A stretch of 64,000 bases of DNA from Felis catus (Eukaryota): NCBI RefSeq assembly GCF_018350175.1, contig NC_058368.1:215328001-215392000 (forward strand), written 5' to 3'. Positions 52,819-64,000 of the stretch are shown piece after piece. Every line of letters begins with the position of its first letter. The stretch's first letter is position 1. The position numbers and the translations under genes are program-made. The notes below the pieces were generated by a model that was given only the letters and a program-made list of their open reading frames with translations, was not told where the DNA came from and did not search any database.

Positions 52819-53203
52819 AAAAGGATTGTAATAACAAATAATACTCTAGGAGAAGACTCCAAATGAAGAGTATATTAAAAAGACTAGGCTGAATTTCTCT
52901 AAGAAGATGAAGGAGAAAAGGTGATAAAATAGAAGCATATTAAGTAAAGAATAGAATAAGAAAGATATGCAGAAATTCAAGGTCAGTGGATAAAACCAAA
53001 GTGCCTGAAAGATGAAAGCAGAGGACTTCTCTTTTGGAATAAATTGTCAAGAAATAGTTTTAGCATTTTCTGTCTGCCCCATTCCGAACTGGAAAACTAA
53101 ATTGACATTCCCATGCCTCCATTCCCCAATATTTATATAATAGAATGTTAGATATTAAAAGGACTATCAAGAACCTAAATTAGACTAGAATCTAACAGCT
53201 TCA
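52819..53203 (+). repeat. Copy B of the inverted duplication (partner 8397-8784)
   Basis: For example, gcagaaattcaaggtcagtggataaaaccaaagt is the exact reverse complement of sequence at about 8606-8639. Confidence 0.92.
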
Positions 53204-53225
53204 AAGAAAGAAAGAAAGAAAGAAA

Positions 53226-53285
<60 letters not shown>

Positions 53286-53320
53286 GAAGGAAAGAGAAGA
53301 AAATAAAAAGTAAAAGAAAA
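53204..53320. repeat. (GAAA)n microsatellite
   Basis: Directly visible. Confidence 0.96.
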
Positions 53321-53434
53321 CCACTCCTGTGACAAATCAGGAACTTTCTGTATCCCTGTCTAAAAAGGAAAGTATATTGTAGACAACCACACATTTTTCC
53401 ATTGCCCATCATAACAAAAGATAGTTTTCTATTA

Positions 53435-53883
53435 AGTGTTTTGTTTTAATTCTAATATAGTTAACATGCAGTGCTACATTAGTTCCAGGTGCACAAGATA
53501 GTGATTTAACAATTCTGTACATTACTCAGTGCTCATCCTGATAAGTGTATTCTTAATCCTCGCCATTTCACACCCCCCCCCCCCGCCCATTTACCCTGGT
53601 AACCATCCTTTTGTTCTCTATAGACGAGTCTGTTTTTTGGTTTATTTTTTCCCTTGTTCATTTGTTTTGTTTCTTAAATTTCACATATGAGTGAAATCAA
53701 ATGGTATTACTCATTCTCTGACTTATTTTGCTTTGCATTATACTCTCTAGCTCCATCCATGTTGTAGCAAATGGTATGAATTTATTTTTTAAGGCTGAAT
53801 AATATTCTATTATATATATATATCTATATATCTATATCTATATATCTATATATAGATATTACATCATATTGTATTAGCTGTGG

Positions 53884-53934
<51 letters not shown>

Positions 53935-56900
53935 CACATTCTTTATCCATTCATCAATGGATGCATGGGCTGCTTCCATAATTTGACTATGGTAAATACT
54001 ACTGCAATAAACATAGGGGTGAATATAATCCTTTTGAATTTGTATTTTCATATTTTTGGATAAATCCCCAATAGTGTGGTTACTAAATTGTATGTAAATT
54101 CTATTTTGATTTTTTGAAGAGCCTCCACACTATTTTCCAAAGTGACTGAACCAATTTGCATTTTCACCAAAAGTCCATGAGCGTTCTTTTTCCTCCACAT
54201 CCTCACTAACATTTGTTTCGTATGTTTTTGATTTTAGCCATTCATACAGGTGTGAGGTGATATCTTATTGAAGTTTTGATTTGCATTTACTTAATGCTGA
54301 GTGATGAGCGTCTTTTCATGTGCTTATTGGCCATTGTATGTCCTCTTTGGAGAGATGTCTGTTCATCTCTCATGCCTTCTGCCCATTTTTTTAGATTATT
54401 TGTGTTTTGTGTGTGTTGAGTTGTATCAGTTATTTATATATTTTAGATACTAATCCTTTATTGGATATGGCATTTGTAAATATCTTTTCCCATTCAGTAG
54501 GTTTTCTTTTAGTTTTGCTGATTTTTTTCCTTTGATTTTTATTTTGATGTAGTCCCCAAAGTTTGTTTTTGCTTTTATTTCTCTTGGCTTAGGAGATATA
54601 TCTAGAAAAATGTTGTTATGGTTGATGTCAGAGCAATTACCAATTGTTATCTTCTAGGATTTTTATGGTTTCTGGTCTCGCATTTGAGTTCTTAATCCAT
54701 TTTGAGTTTGTTTTTGTTTATGGTATAAGAAAGAGTTCTAGTTTCATTCTTTTGCACATAGCTGTCTAGTTTACCCAACACAATTTGTTGAAGAGACTCT
54801 CTTTTCCCATTGCATATTCTTCCCTATTTTGTCAAAGATTAATAGACCACACAGTTTTGGGTTTTTTTTTTCTGTGCTATCTATCCTGTTTCATTAATCT
54901 ATGTGTCTATATTTGTGCCAGTACCATACTGTTTTGATTACTATAGCTTTTTATTGTAACTTGAAACCTGAAATTGTGATAGCTCTAGTTTTGTTTTTTT
55001 CTTTTCAAGATTGTTTTGGCTATTCAGGGTCTTTGGTGCTTCTATGCAAATTTTAGGATGGCTTGTTCTAGTTCTGTGAAGAATGCTATTGGTATTTTGA
55101 TAGAGATTGCATTAAATCTATAGATTGCTTTGGGTAGTATGAGCATTTTAACAATATTTGTTCTTCCAATCCAGGAGCATGGAGTATCTTTCCATTTTTT
55201 TGTGTCGTCTTCAATTTCTTTCATCAACTTTTATAGTTTTCAGAGAACAGGTCTTTCACCTCCTTGGTTAAGTTTATTCCTAGGTATTTTATTGTTTTTG
55301 GTGCAGTTATAAATGAGATTGTTTTCTTAATTTTTCTTTCTGTTGCTTCATTATTGGTTTATAGAAATTCAATAGATTTCTTTACATTGATTTTATACCC
55401 TGCTGCCTTACTGAATTCATTTTATTAGTTCTAGTAGTTTTTTGGTGGAGTCTTTAGGGTTTTCTATATATAGTGTCATGTCATCTGCAAATAGTGAAAG
55501 GTTTACTTCTTCCTTACCAATTTGGATGCCTTTTATTTTTTCTGTTTTCTGATTGCTGTGGCTAATATTTCCAGTACTATGTTGAATACAAGTGGTGAAA
55601 GCAGACATTCCTGTCTTGTTCCTGATCTTAGTGAGAAAAGTGTCAATTTTTCACCAGTGAATATGATATTAGCTGTGGGTTTTTTATATAAGGCCTTTAT
55701 TATGTTGAGGTATGTTTCCTGTAAACTACTTTGTTAAGGATTTTCATCATGAATGGATGGTGTACTTTGTTACATGTTTCTTCTGAGTCTATTTAAATTA
55801 TCGTATGGTTTTAATCCTTCCTCTTATTGATGTGATGCATCATATTGATTAATTTGTGAATACTGAACCATGCTTGCATCTCTGGAATAAATCCTCCTTG
55901 ATTGTGAATGATCTTTTTAAAATGTATTGTTGGATTGAGTTTGCTCATTTTTTTGAGGAATTTTGCATCTATGGACATCAGAGTTATTGGCCCATTGTTG
56001 TGTGTGTCTGTGTGTGTCTGTGTGTGTCTGTGTGTCTGTGTGTCTGTCTATCTTTATTAGATTTTGGTATCAGGGTAATACTAGCCTTATAGAACAAATT
56101 TGGAAGTTTGCTTTCCTCTTCTCTTTTTTGGAATAGTTTGAAAGGAATAGGTATTAACTTTTCTTTAAATGTTTGGTGGAATTCACCTGTGAAGCCATCT
56201 GGTCTTGGAGTTTTGTTTGTTGGGAGGTTGTTGATTACTGATTCAATTTAACCTCTGTTAATTGGTCTGTTCAATTTTTCTATTTCTTCCTGATTTAGTT
56301 TTAGGAGGTTATATGTTTCTAGGAATGTATCCATTTCTTCTTGGTAGCCCAATTTGTTAGCATATAATTTTTCATAATATTCTCTTACAATTCTTTTAAT
56401 TGCAGTGACATCATTTATAATTTCTCCTCATTCATTTCCATTATGTTTGTTCTCTCTCTCCCTCTCTCTTTTTATTTTGATGAGTCTGACTAAAGGTTTA
56501 TTGATTTTGTTGATGTTTTCAAAGAATCAGCTCCTGTTTTCATTGATCATTTCTGTTGTTTTTTTTGTTTGTTTGTTTTTAGTTTCTATTTTATTTATTT
56601 CTGTTCCAATTTTTATGATCTCCTTCCTTCCACTGGAATATCCTTCCTTCTACTGTTTGATTAAGATTTTTCTTGCTTTTTGAAGTAGGTCTGTAGTGCT
56701 ATATACTTCCCTCATAAAACAGCTTTTGCTGCATCCTGAATATTTTAGACTGTTGTGTTTTTATTTTCATGTGTCTCTGTGTATTTTTTTTTATTTCTGC
56801 TTTGATTTCTTGGTTGACCCATTCATTTTTTACTAGCATGTTATTTAACCTCCATGTATTTATGCTATTTCTGGAGTTTTTTTCTGGTCAATTTCTAGTT

Positions 56901-58203
56901 TCATAGTATTGTAGTTCAGAAAAGATGCATGGTATGACTTTGATCTTTTTAAATTGGTTAAAACCTATTTTGTGGCCCAATATGTGGTCTGTTCTTAATA
57001 ATCTTCTATGTAGACTTGAAAAAATGCATATTATGCTGTTTTAATATAGAATATTTTGAATATATCTATTAAATCCGTCTGGTTCAACGTGTCATTTAAA
57101 GACACTGTTTCGGGGCGCCTGGGTGGCGCAGTCGGTTAAGCATCCGACTTCAGCCAGGTCACAATCTCGCGGTCTGTGAGTTTGAGCCCCGCGTCAGGCT
57201 CTGGGCTGATGGCTCAGAGCCTGGAGCCTGTTTCCGATTCTGTGTCTCCCTCTCTCTCTGCCCCTCCCCCGTTCATGCTCTCTCTCTCTCTGTCCCAAAA
57301 ATAAATAAAAGTTGAAAAAAAAATTAAAAAAAAAAGACAATGTTTCTTTGTTGTTTTTCTGTTTGGATGATATATCCATTGAGGTAAGTTGGGTGTTAAA
57401 TTCCTAAGCTATTATGGCATTGCTATTGATTACTTCCTTTATGATTGTTATTAACTGCTTTAAGTATTTGGGTGTTCTCATATTGCTGAATAAATGTTTA
57501 CAACGATTTTATCTTCTTGTTGGATTTTTCCCCTATTATTATATAGTGTCCTTCTTTATCTCTTGTTATCATCTGTTTTAAAAAGTATTTTGTGCCTTAT
57601 AAGTATTGCTATCCTGGCTTTCTTTTCACATCTATTTCCATGGTAAATATTCTCTATTCCTTCACTTTCAATCTGTATGCTTCTTTAGGTCTGAAATGAG
57701 TCTTTTGTAGGCAGCATATAGATGAGTCATGTTTTTTAATCAATTCCTTCACCTTATGTCTTTTGATTAGAACATTTATTCCATTTACATCCATAGTAAT
57801 TGTTGATAGGTATGTATTTATTGCCATTTTTTAAATTTGGTTTGTGGTGATTTTTGAAGTTTTTCTCTGTTTTTTTCTCTTGCTCTCTTCTCTCATGATT
57901 AGTTGGCTTTGCTTAGTGATTTAATTGGATTCCTTTCTCAAATTATATTTGCATATCTATTACTGATTTCTGAATTATGGTTACCATTCTGTTTGTATAT
58001 AACATCTTTTTCACATAGCAGTCTATATTAAGTTGATGGTTGCTTAAGTTTTTACTCCTCTCATCCCCAAGTTTTAGGTATACTATATATCCTTAATTTT
58101 GTGGGTCACTTGACTGATATTTACAGATATACTTATTTTTACTGCTTTTGTGCTTCCTACTTTCCTTACTCTTAGTCTTTCCTTTCCACTCAAAGAGTTC
58201 CCT
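53435..58203 (-). mobile_element. 5'-truncated decayed carnivore L1 (whole ORF2 region and 3' UTR)
   Basis: ORFs 55417-55608 ([24 protein letters not shown]) and 55042-55227 ([18 protein letters not shown]); decayed TSD candidate aaaagatagttttctat / aaaaggaagtttttat. Confidence 0.96.
57112..57333 (+). mobile_element. Young felid SINE inside L1
   Basis: TSD aaagacactgtttc / aaagacaatgtttc. Confidence 0.97.
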
Positions 58204-58494
58204 AAAAAAGGAAGTTTTTATAGTAATTATCATTTTATCCATTTTGCATTTGTGTGCTTTTAAGGAAAACAGTTCATCCTGTAGTATGATATCATTGAAC
58301 CATTTGGAGCTACATCTAGACTTGATGAAGACAACTGAACACCAACCAAAGATGTTATACTAGAGGTTAAATACAGTAATTAACTTTTGGTTCTATCTAT
58401 TTGAGGAGGAATTGAGACATATTTTATGTGAGCATGAATATTTTAAAAATATATTTGTAAAATAAGCTCTTGGATAACCAAAGAGCTTGTAATA

Positions 58495-59043
58495 TTGGAT
58501 AGTTGTTCATCTATCCACATTCCATATCCCCCTTTCCATTTCCCTACTAAAAACTGAACCCATTTACCCCAAATATCCAATGCTTTCTATGAAGCCTATA
58601 TAACTCAGTAGAGACTTAATAGGCTGAATTTAGCCTACATCAGTCACAATATGTATCTTCCTACTTGTCAGTGATTGGTTGGAATACAGACATGGGATTT
58701 ACTCAGAATTAAAATTGAGAAATCTGCTGAGAAAACTTCTGAGAAAGTTCTTTCTTGCTCTTCTGGAAAGAACCTAAGAATAGGAGTTAGCCTGTAACAG
58801 TGATTGCTACTGACAGTCACCTTATAACCCTGGGGGCAACCAGTCTTAGCATGAAGACAACCCTGAGGACAAGAGTCAAAAGGCAGATAAAATTAATGAC
58901 TCTGATGACCTCATTAAGTCATGTATTCAATAAGTTTAGAAATCTGCTATAACTTCCAGTACTGAGGCAATAAATGTTCTCGTTATTTTAGGAAGTTTAT
59001 ACAAGACTTCCATTAATTAAGCCCAAAACACCCTAAATAATGT
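58495..59043 (+). mobile_element. Old MLT1 (K/L-like) LTR
   Basis: cagtgattggtt...gacatggga, gaaagttctttcttgctc, ctgatgacctcatt, gcaataaatg...aaaacaccctaaataat. Confidence 0.6.
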
Positions 59044-59649
59044 AATCATGTTCCCCATTTATTCCCGTCAGGAAAGCTAGAGGGTGCTTGTAAAGAGATT
59101 CTACCTAGAACAATTTTCCAGTAGTATCCACAGTTATCCCACACATCAAGCTCTCTGTGGTCCATTATTCCAGAAAAACAAGTGGTTTTACTTTATTCTG
59201 TTCTCTTTGCTGATGATCCCCAATAAACAGGATTGTATGTACATGTCTAAATCCATTTCGAAACTATTCAAATACTTAGCCATGTGACTTTAGGTTTCCT
59301 TGGAGAGCAAAACATTACACTGGGAATTTATTTCATTGACTGGACAGCTTATGAGAGAATTTTCTCATTTATTTTGGTTTTGTCAATAAGGAGGGCAGTG
59401 TACTCAGCAAAAAAGAACCAAAACAATATAACATTTTCACTTGGTTGATAGTAGTAATGTTTTTAAATATTTCCTCTAAAACATTATACATAATGAATAA
59501 CTGGAATTCAACCCTATGTGTGAACTTTACCTTTCCCTAATTTTTCACTTGGGTTTTATAATTGGCTTTTGCTATTGTAAGCAATGCCTCTGTGATTATT
59601 TTACACAAAATAAGTATTATTTAATAAAAATATTATTAAAATGACTATT

Positions 59650-60380
59650 TTGAGCAAGATGCTTATGTAGTTCAGGGTTAGTATTGGGTATTCATTAAGG
59701 AATTTGTCTTCTGTCCTCATGGAGACTACGCAATAGTGAGAAGAGAAACATGAAATGAAATCTCACAATGACATATTTTTGTGATAAAAAACAGTATTTC
59801 ACAAGAGAACAAAAACGAGAGAGTAAATGTATTTTGCATTAAGAATAAAAACTCATTTCTGATGAACTAATGCTTATACTGAAGTTTGACTGAATTGTAG
59901 AGGAGACTGGGCCTTTGAGGGAGAAGATACATCTTCCATGAATGTCTAAATGTGGAAAATAGCTTTCTGTACTAGCGAAACTGAAAGAAAACTATTGTTC
60001 TTAGAAGAAGCAAGAAAACACACAAGATGAAGAAGTAAGGAGGAACTGGAATGTGCAAAATCTTGGATTATATAATGAATGTAATGGTGTGCCAGTTAGA
60101 GTTTGGTTAGGAATATAATAACCATTTAACCTACTGAAAAATATTTGATATAAAGAATTAGAGTTTTACACAATATTATTCTTAGTCACCAAAATGTACT
60201 GTCACTCAATGTAATTTGTTTAATAAATTCATAAGTAATAGACTGGCTGGAATATGTAGAAGGAGAATGTACCCAGAAGGACATCGAGGTTTCTGATGTA
60301 TGTAATTGGATTGGAAAGATGAAGGGATAGTTTCAATAAAGAAATCAAGTGTTTAATTTAGAAAAAAAAAAACTGAAATA
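59650..60380 (-). mobile_element. Degenerate L2
   Basis: ctgtcctcatggag...atagtgagaagag, and gaggtttctg motifs. Confidence 0.45.
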
Positions 60381-60512
60381 AGGTATAATAGAGAATGAAA
60401 TAAATAATCATACGTAGTGATACAATTACTTGTTCAGATTACCAGACAATTTCAAGCTAAGACAAATACAATAAACTAATAATAATTGAATTTTCTGTGT
60501 ATTCCTTTATAA

Positions 60513-60652
60513 CAGAGGTCATCAAACATTTTCTGTAAATGGCCAGACAGTAAATATTTTAGGCTTTGGGGCCATGTGGTCTCTATCACAACTGGCAGAA
60601 ATCTGCCATTGTAGAATGAAAATAGGCATAATTCATAGGTAAATGTATGAGG
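60513..60652. mobile_element. MER58A-like hAT-Charlie MITE, partial
   Basis: cagaggtcatcaaacattttctgtaaatggccagacagtaaatattttaggcttt...ctgccattgtag. Confidence 0.88.
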
Positions 60653-60699
60653 TGAAACTCCACAGATTAATTACACTTTTATTATAAAGTATTTTCTGT

Positions 60700-61565
60700 T
60701 ACTCAATTTCAATAAATTAGAAAACATAATAAATAATTTCTTTGAAAATTAATAATCTTGATTTATTGATTGATATATAATCAGGAAGCTTGAATAAATC
60801 AATCATCATAGCAAAGAAATAAAATATCTACTATCAAAAGTAACACCACCAAATTAATTTATGAAATCATATCACCATGATAGTAAAGCCAGATACCACA
60901 AGAAAAAAAAAAGCCTATAGACAAATATACCTGATGAATATAGATTAAAAAAAAATCTCTCAATAAAATACTAGCAAACTGAATTCAACAGCACACTGAA
61001 AGTATCTTACATAATGACCAAATGGAATTTATTCTCGGGATGAAAAGATGGTTCAATGTAAACAAATCAGTCAATGATCAGTCAACACATTAACAGAACA
61101 AGAAAAAATATTATCATCTCAATAGATAGAGAAAAAAAGATTTGCATATTTTCCAACATTCATCCGTAATAGCTCTCAATAAAGTAAGTATAAAAGAAAC
61201 TTGCCTCAACACAATAAAGGCTATATATGAGAAGCCCATAGCTAAAATCATAACCAATGGAGGAAAACAGAAGCCTTTACTCTAAGATCTGGTACTGGGC
61301 AAGGATGCACATTCTTGACTATTCAACATAGTACTGAGATTTTAGCCAGAGAAAATAAATAAGAAAAAGAAAGAAAAAAACATTTAAATAAGAAAGAAAA
61401 AAGTAAATCGTATCTGTTTTCAGATGATTATATCTGCTTTCAGATGATATAATCACATACATAGAAAAATTTAAAGATTGAAAAAAAACTGTTAGTACTA
61501 ATGAACAAATTCAGTAAAGTTGCAGGTACAAAATCAACATACAAAAGTTTGTCGTATTTCCTGTA
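60700..61565 (+). mobile_element. Old L1 ORF2 (RT region) fragment
   Basis: aaaatactagcaaactgaattcaacagcac, ggcaaggatgc, ctgttttcagatga, aaattcagtaaagttgcagg. Confidence 0.88.
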
Positions 61566-61747
61566 GTTAATAAGACTGTATTTCATTATTGGGGCATTGA
61601 GCCCATTGATGTTTAGAGTAAGTACTGAAAGATATGAATTTATTGCCATTATGATGCTTGTAGAGTTGGAGTTTCTGGTGGTGTTCTCTGGTCCTTTCTA
61701 ATCTTTGTTGCTTTTGGTATTTCTTTACATATGCATATAATAATAAT

Positions 61748-61748
<1 letters not shown>

Positions 61749-61822
<74 letters not shown>
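61749..61822. repeat. (CA)n(TA)n microsatellite in the L1 inter-ORF region
   Basis: Directly visible. Confidence 0.96.
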
Positions 61823-61826
<4 letters not shown>

Positions 61827-62685
61827 TCTTTTCTCACCTCAGAGAGAGTCCCCCTTAAAATTTCTTGCAGGGCTGGTTTAGTGGTCACAAGCTCCTTTAA
61901 TTTTTGTTTGTCTGGGAAACTGTTTATCTCTCCTTCTATTTTGAATGACAGCTTTGCTGAATAAAGAATTCTTGGCTGCGTATTTTTCTAATTAAGCACA
62001 TTGAATATATCCTGCCATTCCTTTCTGGCCTGCCAAGTTTCTGTGGATAGGTCTGCTGCAAACCTGATTTGTCTTCCCTTGTAGTTTAGGGACTTTTTTT
62101 CCATTGATGCTTTAGTGATTCCCTCCTTGCCTGAGTATTTTGTGAATTTGACTATGTTATGCCTTTTTGATGGTCGGTGTTCGTTGAATCTAATGGGGGT
62201 TCTCTGTGCTTCCTGGATTTTGATGTCTGTGTCTTTCCCCAGGTTAGAAAACTTTTTCACTATGATTCTTTCACATTACCCTTCTACCCCTATTTCTCTC
62301 TCTTCCTCTTCTGGGACCCCTATGATTCTGATGTTGTTCCTTTTTAATGAGTCACTGATTTCTCTAATTCCTAAGTTGTGCTCTTTTGCCTTAATCTCCC
62401 TCTTTTTTTCTGCTTCGTTATTCTGTATAAGTTTGTCCTCTATATTGCTGATTCTCTGTTCTGCCTCATCCGTCCTTGCCACTGCTGCATCCATCCGTGA
62501 TTGCAGCTCAGTTATAACGTTTCTAATTTCATTATGACTATTTTTTATTTCTTTTATCTCTGCAGAAAGAGATTCTAATCTATTTTCAACTCCAGCTAGT
62601 ATTCTTATTATCATGATTCTAAATTCTGGTTCAGACATCTTGCTTGTATCTCTGTTGGTTAAATGCCTGGCTGTCATTTCTTTGT

Positions 62686-62721
<36 letters not shown>

Positions 62722-63000
62722 TGTATCTATGTTGGTTAAATCCCTGGCTGTCATCTCTTCGTGCTCTTTTTTGGAGGGTGAATTCCTTCATTTTGTCATT
62801 TTGAAGGGATAAAAGGAATTAATGAGGTAGAAAAATTAAAATTAAAAAAAGTTAAAAAAATATTAAAATTAAAAAATTAAACACACACACACACACACAC
62901 ACAAACTAATAAATTATGCTAGATCCTAGGTGTGTTTTTTTCTGGGTGTTGAAAGTGGTTTGACATATTAGAGAAAAAAAAGGGGGGGGGGAAGAAAAGG

Positions 63001-63615
63001 AAATCGTTTGGGAATTTGAAAAAATGAATACACTGAAGCAGACTAAAATGAGATGATGGGAATAAAATAGAATTTGAAAAACATTACACAAAATTAAAGA
63101 ATATAGTAGAAAAAAATTAAATAAAAATAGTTTTAATAAAAATTAAAAATAAAAGTGATTTTTTCTTTCTGTATTCAAGAAAAAGAAATGAAAAAGCGAA
63201 AAAAATCATTTGAAAAGTTGAAAAAGTGAATGCACTTTAGCAGACTAAAATAAAATGATGGAAGTAAAATAGAATTTGAAAAAACTTACATAAAAGCAAA
63301 AAAATAGTAAAAAAAATTAAAGAAAAATATTTTTTTATAGAAATGGAATGTAAAAAATGAAGTTTTTTCTCTTTCTGCATTCAAGAAAAAAAAAAGAATC
63401 AAACGAGAAAAAAGAAAAAGAAATAAGAAAAAAGAAATCGCTTGAACATTTGAAAAGGTGAATACACTGAAGTAGACTAAAATAAAATGATGGAAGTAAG
63501 ATAGAATTTTAAAAAAATTGCACAAAAGTAAAGAATATACTAAAAAATAAAAATATTTTTAATAAAAATTGAAAATAAAAATGATTTTTTTCTCTTTCTG
63601 TATTCAAGAAAAAGA
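63001..63615. repeat. Three diverged ~200-230 bp A-rich tandem units in the L1 5' UTR
   Basis: Units start at 63001, 63203 and 63435; each has tgaat(a/g)cact...agactaaaat...gatg...agaattt...ctttctg(t/c)attcaagaaaa. Confidence 0.88.
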
Positions 63616-64000
63616 AAAGTAGTGTAAAAGAGAAAAAAAGAAAGAAAATTGAATAGATGGACCTGCTAATAGATTGAAATAGGACTGAAATTACTTCGTT
63701 TTCCTCTATAAGTCATACTATGTAGGTCTTTATAGTCCATAAACTAAGTAGGCGGTGAGACTTGTGTTCTTGAAGAGTGAGGTTGGCCCAGTTGGGCAGG
63801 GCTCAGTGTAATGGCTCTGTTCTCCACTAGATGGCACTGCTAGCCTACTGGGGTGGATTGTAGCCGCGCTTGTAGGTGCCTATGTGCATGCGTGGGGGCA
63901 GTGAAAATGGCATCACACAGCTACCCAGTCTGCAGTATCAGAACTCTGTTCTCTCTGATCAGCAATTGCACACCTGTCCTCTGTCTTCAGCTTTCATCCA

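Larger units (their letters stand above)
61580..64000 (-). mobile_element. Felid-type L1 5' part (5' UTR, disrupted ORF1, first ~20 codons of ORF2); continues past the window edge
   Basis: ORF1 fragments 62276-62791 (NNIRIIGVPEEEE) and 61988-62260 (IQEAQRTP...DLSTETWQARKEW); ORF1 ATG at 62799 with an early TGA; ORF2 start MAINSYLSVLTLNINGLNAPI. Confidence 0.96.

Noticed and set aside
53320..59300. Extension of the inverted duplication beyond the microsatellite or the L1
   Set aside because: By eye I found no convincing alignment of 53320-53430 or 58225-59300 with sequence left of 8220.
62276..62791. Intact L1 ORF1 or an active L1
   Set aside because: There is an early stop after the ATG, the ORF is split, it carries an internal duplication, and ORF2 is truncated.
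63001..63615. CRISPR-like or novel repeat array
   Set aside because: These are diverged tandem units without unique spacers inside an L1 5' UTR, in a mammalian context.

Overview
AT-rich, CpG-poor mammalian DNA from a carnivore, almost certainly a felid, judged from about 30 CAN-SINEs (several of the young SINEC_Fc type) and felid-type L1. I find no credible protein-coding gene, RNA gene or CpG island, so the window reads as intergenic or deep-intronic. Repeats fill roughly two thirds of it. They include a near full-length Tigger1, three large carnivore L1s, older L1M/L2/MIR fossils, MaLR/ERVL LTRs, an ERVL pol fossil and a truncated ERV1-type provirus (LTR-gag-pro). All recognisable ORFs are decayed transposon genes. 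I see no evidence for a new biological system. The notable signals are rearrangement scars: (1) the 3' end of a near full-length L1 is flipped between two (TA)n arrays, either a true inversion or a misassembly; (2) a ~390 bp inverted duplication lies 44 kb from its partner; (3) a perfect 149 bp tandem duplication; (4) several templated-insertion scars; (5) a possible twin-primed L1 at the right edge. Subfamily names come from my recall of consensus sequences, not a database search. Boundaries of old repeats are approximate.
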